A stretch of 52,568 nt of DNA from Neovahlkampfia damariscottae (Eukaryota), in contig JABLTG010000142.1 of the NCBI GenBank assembly GCA_016618085.1, positions 1 to 52,568 on the forward strand, in the 5' to 3' direction. The notes beneath the pieces were generated by a model, which saw only the letters and a list, made by a program, of their open reading frames with translations, did no database searches and had not been told where the DNA came from. Each line of letters begins with the position of its first letter. Position 1 is the first letter of the stretch. This document shows, piece by piece, positions 45,958 through 52,568 of the stretch. Both the position numbers and the translations under genes were made by a program.

Positions 45958-48900
45958 TGAACAAAAGAATGGTTTTTTTACTGCTCCTGTTTCTTGTGAC
46001 CTTTCAAATTTACGCAGATGTGTTGCACTTCACAGAAAAAACTAACACCGGAACAACCTTGGAATTTCATAGAATCAACAATTTCAAAGCATTAAAAAAT
46101 TAAATGTTGGAAAAAAAGATGTATTTTTGACAACAGAAACAAATGACATTTACCACAAAGGTGAAAATGGTGGAACTACTTGTCAAGACAACAAAAGACC
46201 CAACATGGATTTTACAGAAATTTCTGAATTAAATGGTTACCAAATCGTAGAAGGAAGATATCACTTTCTTTTTTACAAAGACAAGAACCAATTTTTTGGT
46301 TGTAGCAACAAAGTTTTTTTTTTTTAAATTTCAAAAAAGTTTGGTCAATTGACATCAAGAAATGGTTTGTCGAATGGAAATCATTATGAAAACTTGGGTA
46401 TCATTTTTATCTCCTAAACCCAAGTTTCCAAATTTGTTATAACCTGCAGCCCAAGCACTTCCTTCAGCGTCAACAAAAAAACTTGATTCTGTGAACGAGC
46501 TTCCAAAATGTTTTGTAATATTGATACCCTAGTTGCAATTCGAATTCCACAGGTTCAAATTGTGATTCATGTAAATTTGGATACACAGGACTACTTTGTG
46601 ATCAATTATCTTGTTTTTCGAAGTCAAGTTTAGATGTTGAAGTTTGTTCAGGGAAAGGAAGTTGCATTGAACCAAATCAATGTTCATGTATCACAGGTGT
46701 CACAGGATCTTATTGTCAATTGGATTGTCATGGAAAAAATGGAAGAGATGGTTGCAGTAGAAAAGGAAATTGTTATCAAATAAATGTACATGCGATGAAG
46801 GTTACACTGGTGAAGTCTGTGAAATTCCTATTTGTTATCAAAAGAATGCAACAAATATTGATGTTTGTAGCAGAAAGGGTCAATGCATTTCAAGAGATGG
46901 TTGTTTGTGTCAATCAGGATATACTGGATTGGAATGTGAAAGTCACTTTTGCAACTCAATTGCTCATAATTCACCTTCAGTTTGTTCTGGAAAGGGTTCT
47001 TGCATTTCACCAAATAATTGCTCATGTATTGGTTCATACACTGGACATGATTGTCAATTCACAAGTTGTTTTGGAAAATCTTCATCAGATTTAACTGTTT
47101 GTTCTGGGAAGGGGACATGTATTGCTTCTGACAAATGCGTTTGTAGTACTGGATACACTGGCTCTTATTGTCAGTTTCAAACATGTTTTGGATTAGTTGG
47201 GCCAAATGGCTGTAGTAACAACGAAATTGCTCTTTGGGAAAATGTGTTTGTGATTCTGGTTATTATGGAGACAGATGCCAATATCCAATTTGCTACGGAT
47301 CTTTATCAACTTCTTCTGAGGTTTGTTCTGCAAATGGAAAATGTGAAGCACCAAATAAGTGCATTTGCAATACAAAATACTATGGAAACCAATGTGAAAT
47401 TTTTGATTGTAATTTGATCTCAAGATTTGACTCCAATGTATGTTCAGGAAAAGGAAGTTGCATTTCAATAGATCAATGTCATTGTAATGCAGTAGCTGTT
47501 GGTGTAAATTGTAATGATTTCATTTGTAATGGTCAAATTGGACGTTTATGTTGTAGCAGTAGAGGAAATTGTTCAAATCCATTTCAATGTTCTTGTGATG
47601 TAGGTTTTCTTGGATCACAATGTGAAGTATCTTATTGTAATGGTATCATTTCAAATAGTTCAAATGTCTGTAATTCAAGAGGTTCATGCGTTGATGGTAA
47701 TTGTAAATGTGATAGTGGTTACAGTGGAAATGAATGTGAAGGATATTCTTGTAACTCAATTGCTGCTTCAGATTTCAAAGTTTGTGCTACTTTTGGTAGT
47801 TGTATTGGTCCAAATGTCTGTCAATGTAACACAGGAAGAAGTGGTCCAAATTGTGAATTTGATGTTTGTTTCAGTAAAACAGGAAGAGATGGTTGTGACG
47901 AAAATGGAGATTGTATTGCACCAGATAAATGTCAATGTGATATTGGGAGTTTGTATTTCACCAGATAAATGCAAATGTGGATCAGGATACACCGGAAACA
48001 ACTGTAATTTATTTGCTTGTAATTCATTATCTCCTTTAAATCCAATGGTTTGTTCATCAAATGGAAAATGTGTTGAATCAAATCAATATGTTTGTAATAA
48101 GGGTTATGTTGGGATGAATGATTGTTCTCCTTGTCCAAGAAACACGTATAATCCAACAGAAGGTTCTTTAAAATGTCTTTCTTGTCCAAATGGTTATCAT
48201 ACTGTCGCTGTTGGTTCAACATCAAGTTTAGATTGTATTAAATGTGAAGATGGTTATTTCAGAGATTTAAGAAATGATACTTGTGTTCCTTGCCTCCCTG
48301 GAACTTACTATACACATGGCACTTGTGAATTTTGTGCAACAAATATGTACAGTCCTCATTACAAGAGTGAAAAATGTTTTGGATGCGAAACAGGTCATAT
48401 TTGTCCAATTGGATCAAAAAGAAGCATCAAAAAACCCACAGATCAAGACATTATGAATGTTGAACCAAAAATTGCAGAAGATATTTTTCAAGGTAGAAAG
48501 AATGCAAATTATATCAAAATTGGATCAGTTTCATTTTACTTTGTTGTTGCTTTTTTAATTTCTTCAATAATGTTAGTTTTGTTTTACATACTTTGTGGAC
48601 GCTCATGCAAGAAATTAGATTTCCTTTATGCAGAGAGTCACATGTTAAAGAATTATGAACATTTAACACATTTTCCAACTTCATTTGGTGGAATGTTTAC
48701 AGTTATTACTGTTTTATGCATCTTTGGAATGGTTGTTTCTTCATGTGTTGATTTCGTATTAATGAATATTCAAGAAAGACAATCATTAGTTGTTCAAAAA
48801 TCAACAGATCAAACAAAGAATCATTTTATCATCAGAATCACTTCAAAGAATTTCGAGAATTGTACAAAAACAGTTGTAGACAATCATGGATTTCGTGGTA

Positions 48901-49750
48901 GCGTTAATTTGACACATTTCATTACTAATTCAACTTGTATATCAACTTGGGAATGTAAAGATTGTGAATTTGTTGGTTTTCAACAAGATGTTTGTTTCAA
49001 TTTCTCTTCTTATTCATCATATCTTTCTTATTCTTTACAAATTCCGAGTATTTTAGAAACACAAAAATTCTTGATTCAAGGAGAGATAACACCACCTAAT
49101 AATCAAATATTTTCAAAAACGACAATAATATTTGCAACAATTTATAGAGCTTTATATATTGAATTATTTGGAGGTTTTGGAAGTGCGTTTTTCAGTTTAT
49201 TGCATTATATTTCAAATGATCTTTTCAAGGATATTGAACATCATGGGTTTATTGGTTACGTTACAAATATTGATGTTTCTTCAAATACAACGAGTTCTGG
49301 ATTTCAAAACTTTAAAGAATTTGCAATTTGTCTCCGTTACTTTTTAAAGTTGAAGAATATAATAGGCAAAGTTTAACAAATTTCATTGCTCAAATTGCTT
49401 CTTTAAGTGCTACAATTATTGCTATTGTTGGTGTGATTTTCAAAGTTTTGGAAAATTATTGTTGGTCTCATTTGAGAATATTGAAAAAGAAAATTAGAAA
49501 AAAATTCCAAAAAAAACAGGAAGATGAAAATTTGAAAGTGGAAGTTGAAACTGAAATGGAAGAACCAGATGAAAATTTGGAAATTAAAAATCAATTAAGT
49601 TATCAAAGTGCACATTTCAATGGCAGAATTCAGTTTCTTGAACATAAAATCAGAGAACTCGAAGTTGATTCATCAAAGAAATTCGAAAGAAAAATTGATT
49701 CGTTGAAGGAAGAGATTAAAGTATTGAAGTTTTCAAAAATGGATGAATAA
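45958..49750 (+). pseudogene. Large surface protein (signal peptide, RCC1-like repeats, EGF repeats, Cys-rich GCC2/3-like repeats, TM helices) disrupted by an inversion, deletions and frameshifts
   Basis: Repeated C.G..S....VCSG.G.C..P..C.C..GY.G..C units switch frame at ~46550, 46770, 47230, 47950 and 49340. Confidence 0.85.
46391..46534. other. Micro-inversion bounded by 13-bp inverted repeats (12/13 match)
   Basis: AACTTGGGTATCA / TGATACCCTAGTT; the interior encodes an RCC1 repeat on the minus strand. Confidence 0.9.
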
Positions 49751-50112
49751 AATTAATTCATGGATGTTGAATGTTCTTTGATAAAGTTTCTATTTAAAGT
49801 CAAAATTTTTATCGTTTTGTATTTATATATAAAGACCTTTCATTTGTTCAAAATTCGATTCAAAACGAAGAAGTTATATGAATTCACAAATTGAAAAGCA
49901 GCGAAAAAACAATCTAAATCACAAACATTCAAAATTCCCTAATGTTTGAAAAACTCTATAACTGATGTAAAATTTTCATATTCTTTAGTTTGATGAAACA
50001 TGTTTTAAAAATCTGTAATTTTGAAAGTTAAGTTTTGATCTTCATCCATCACCATATCAATAAAATGCGAAAACTAATACCAAAAAGAAATAATTTTATT
50101 TTACAAATGATA

Positions 50113-51903
50113 TCAAAATTTCATTCCAGCTAATGTACTCATTGTTGAGTCATTGGTTGTAAAATTCTTTTCATTTGAAATTATTTCATCATCCAACTTC
50201 AAACTCTCTTTCAATTTGGACAATCGTTCTGAATTCGGAAATGGGGATGAAATTAAAATATCAACATCAACTGTTGGACCTTTAATTTGATAATCAAATA
50301 AACTACCTACAACTTGAATGTTATAATTAACCTTTAAGTCATCAAAATACTCATCATTGATATATGAATTATTTGGTAATTTTAATAATAAAGAGGATTC
50401 TTTACCATTCAAATTCTTAAAATGATTATCTAGATTCCCAAGTGGTATTTTATCTAAATTCAATTTTTTAGAAATTTCAAATACTTCAGTTTTTGTTTTT
50501 GTTTTATTTTCAAAAGACAACAGAGATGTCTCTTTTTCTTTTTTTGCTTTAAATTTAATTTCAACTTGTGGACATAAATAAAAATGAAATGAATGAATCA
50601 AAATTTCATGCTTTCCAGTTGGATTGAGATACGAAAAAGTGATTTTCAATTCTTCATCTGAAAAGTAGGCTTTCTTGTTCAATTTCATTGATAATTTATA
50701 TTTCTTGTAATTTTGTTCTTCATTTGAATTGATCATAAAACTTGGTTTATAATTATCATTATGTTCTTGTGACAAAATATTTGGATAAATGGTTAAATTT
50801 GATTTTGAAGAAAACATAAACAACCCATACAAATTTGATAGATTCTTTTTTGGCACCATGATCACTTGAATTTGATATTTAATTAAAATATCACCATCAA
50901 AATTATCAGTATCAAATCTATAAGATCCAAAACAGGTTATTCTCGGAATTCTAATTTTAAACCAACAAGGTGATTTTGAGCAAATAATTTTATGATTTAA
51001 ATAAAAAATATTGGACTGAAAGTTATCAACATCTTTGGAGTATTCTAATTTTTTGTAACATTTGATCATAATAGTAGGAGTACATTCCACTTGAGAGTTG
51101 AATTTTATGTAGCCAATCATTTCTTCTCCAGCATAATATGTGGTTCCATGATTAGTTGATAAAAAAATGAACTCTTTTCCTTTAGTTTCAGAATATAAAG
51201 TTTGAAATTCATCAAAGTCCAGAGGAAAATCTTCATAAAAAGCTTCCATTGTTTTTTCATCTCCAGTTTCATCTTCAAAACGAGGAGATTTTGGAATAGA
51301 TAATCTTGGAGATAATGCCTTAAACCCATTGGACAATACCTTACCAGAGATTCGATTATTTCTTGATTTAATTGCATCTCTTTTTGAAGAAGATATTTCG
51401 AGTATTTTGGGAGGATTCTCTGGATTATCTTCATTTTTTACAATTTGAAATGTCTTATACTTTGTATCTCTAAAAAATGAGTTGAATAATTTCGTTTTCT
51501 AAAAATTTAGTTTGAATCTTTTTTTTGAATGTTACTGATATATTTTCATCTGCTAAAGTGAAATTTAAATATTTTTTAATCTCAGCAATTCTGTCAGTTT
51601 CTTTAATTGTCACATCAAATTCTGTGGGCATCTTCACTTCAAAATAATCACTCAGCTGCGGAATTTTAATCTGTTTTTTTTTTTACGTCTTTATTGAATT
51701 TTAGAAAATCTTCATAATTTCTAACTACTTCCCAAGTGGTTATTTCTGACTGACAAAAAATGTTGAACTTTTTTGATTAGGTTTGATTTTTTTTTTACAG
51801 AATTTTCATCCAGTTTTTCAAAATCAATTTGTAGTAGAGGAGAAAAGAATATGTCATCGTCATCTTCATCAGTTGATATTCCTTTTGATTTGAAAAATGA
51901 CAT
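50113..51903 (-). CDS. Arrestin-fold-like protein (multi-exon); last gene before the telomere
   Basis: YYAGEEMIG.I, F.IRIP...GS.......IKY.I.V and LNKKAYFSDEELKITF...N patterns. Confidence 0.55.
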
Positions 51904-52429
51904 GATTCTGATTGGATAAAAGTTTCCAAAATTTTTGAAAATTGACAAAAAATTAACAAATTTTATTTTCATTGACAAACCATTTGTCAAACGGAAAATT
52001 ACCTATTTGAGCTTTTTGTAAATTATTGGTGAGAATGTATTTGAGGTTCGGTTTGGCCCAACTGTTATCAACTTTGCATTTGGAACTTTTGACCGAGTTT
52101 TTTGAAAACTACATCAAAAACTAGAGGGGTTGGTTCTTTTGTTAGAAAAATCCAATTCTAATTGAAAAAATTATTCACTCTTAAAATTTTAACATATAAT
52201 AAAGTGAATCAACCTATTTTTTTAAATATTTTATTAAAATTTTAAAGATATTCTTTCATTTTTAATTAATTTTGAATTGAAAAATTTATTTACTCTTAAA
52301 ATTCAAAAATTTTTAATTGTTTTATTTCATTTAAACATTCATTTTCAAAACATTATTAAGACAAATATGAAGAATTTGAAAATGAACCTGTTTATATATG
52401 TAAATTTGTGTGTAAAATCCAAATTGTAA

Positions 52430-52568
52430 GGGTTTTGGGTTTTGGGTTTTGGGTTTTGGGTTTTGGATTTTGGGTTTTGGGTTTTGGGTTTTGGGTTTTG
52501 GGTTTTGGGTTTTGGGTTTTGGGTTTTGGGTTTTGGGTTTTGGGTTTTGGGTTTTGGGTTTGGGTTTG
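52430..52568 (+). repeat. Telomeric repeat (TTTTGGG)n, about 20 units
   Basis: G-rich strand runs 5'->3' to the end of the sequence; one TTTTGGA variant and terminal TTTGGG variants. Confidence 0.95.

Noticed and set aside
49897..49920. Minus-strand DLDCFFAA, like a Y-family polymerase motif
   Set aside because: Flanked by stops with no other Y-family motifs; chance or an unrecognisable relic.

Overview
This is an AT-rich, very compact eukaryotic (protist) chromosome end. It uses the standard genetic code, has tiny GT-AG introns (about 27-50 nt), a CCAAT/ATTGG box just upstream of most host start codons, and ends in a (TTTTGGG)n telomere at 52430-52568. The EGF-repeat style suggests a heterolobosean amoeba, which is inference only. 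The main accessory content is two related endogenous Polinton-like DNA viruses. The first is a fully delimited 13,338-bp element (15570-28907) with AGTAGT...ACTACT ends, ~295-bp terminal inverted repeats (TIRs) and a 6-bp target-site duplication (TGGACG). It encodes a major capsid protein, penton, A32-type packaging ATPase, a fibre with a phage-tailspike-like C-terminus and a divergent PolB-SF1 helicase-HNH fusion. It also carries host-like cargo genes (transglutaminase-like, SAM, and an intron-containing LRAT gene) and five ~105-bp hairpin units with compensatory base changes. The second is a deleted relative at 1-~2900 that keeps an integrase C-terminus and a divergent capsid gene. Host genes include malic enzyme, RGS-RasGEF, COG5, G-alpha, an MBOAT acyltransferase, MAPEG, a kinase-START fusion and SNF2. 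Features missed by the ORF track include an Rdx/SelH-like selenoprotein (in-frame TGA plus SECIS) and a micro-inversion between 13-bp inverted repeats inside a decayed RCC1/EGF surface-protein gene. All family assignments come from motif recognition by eye; no searches were run.
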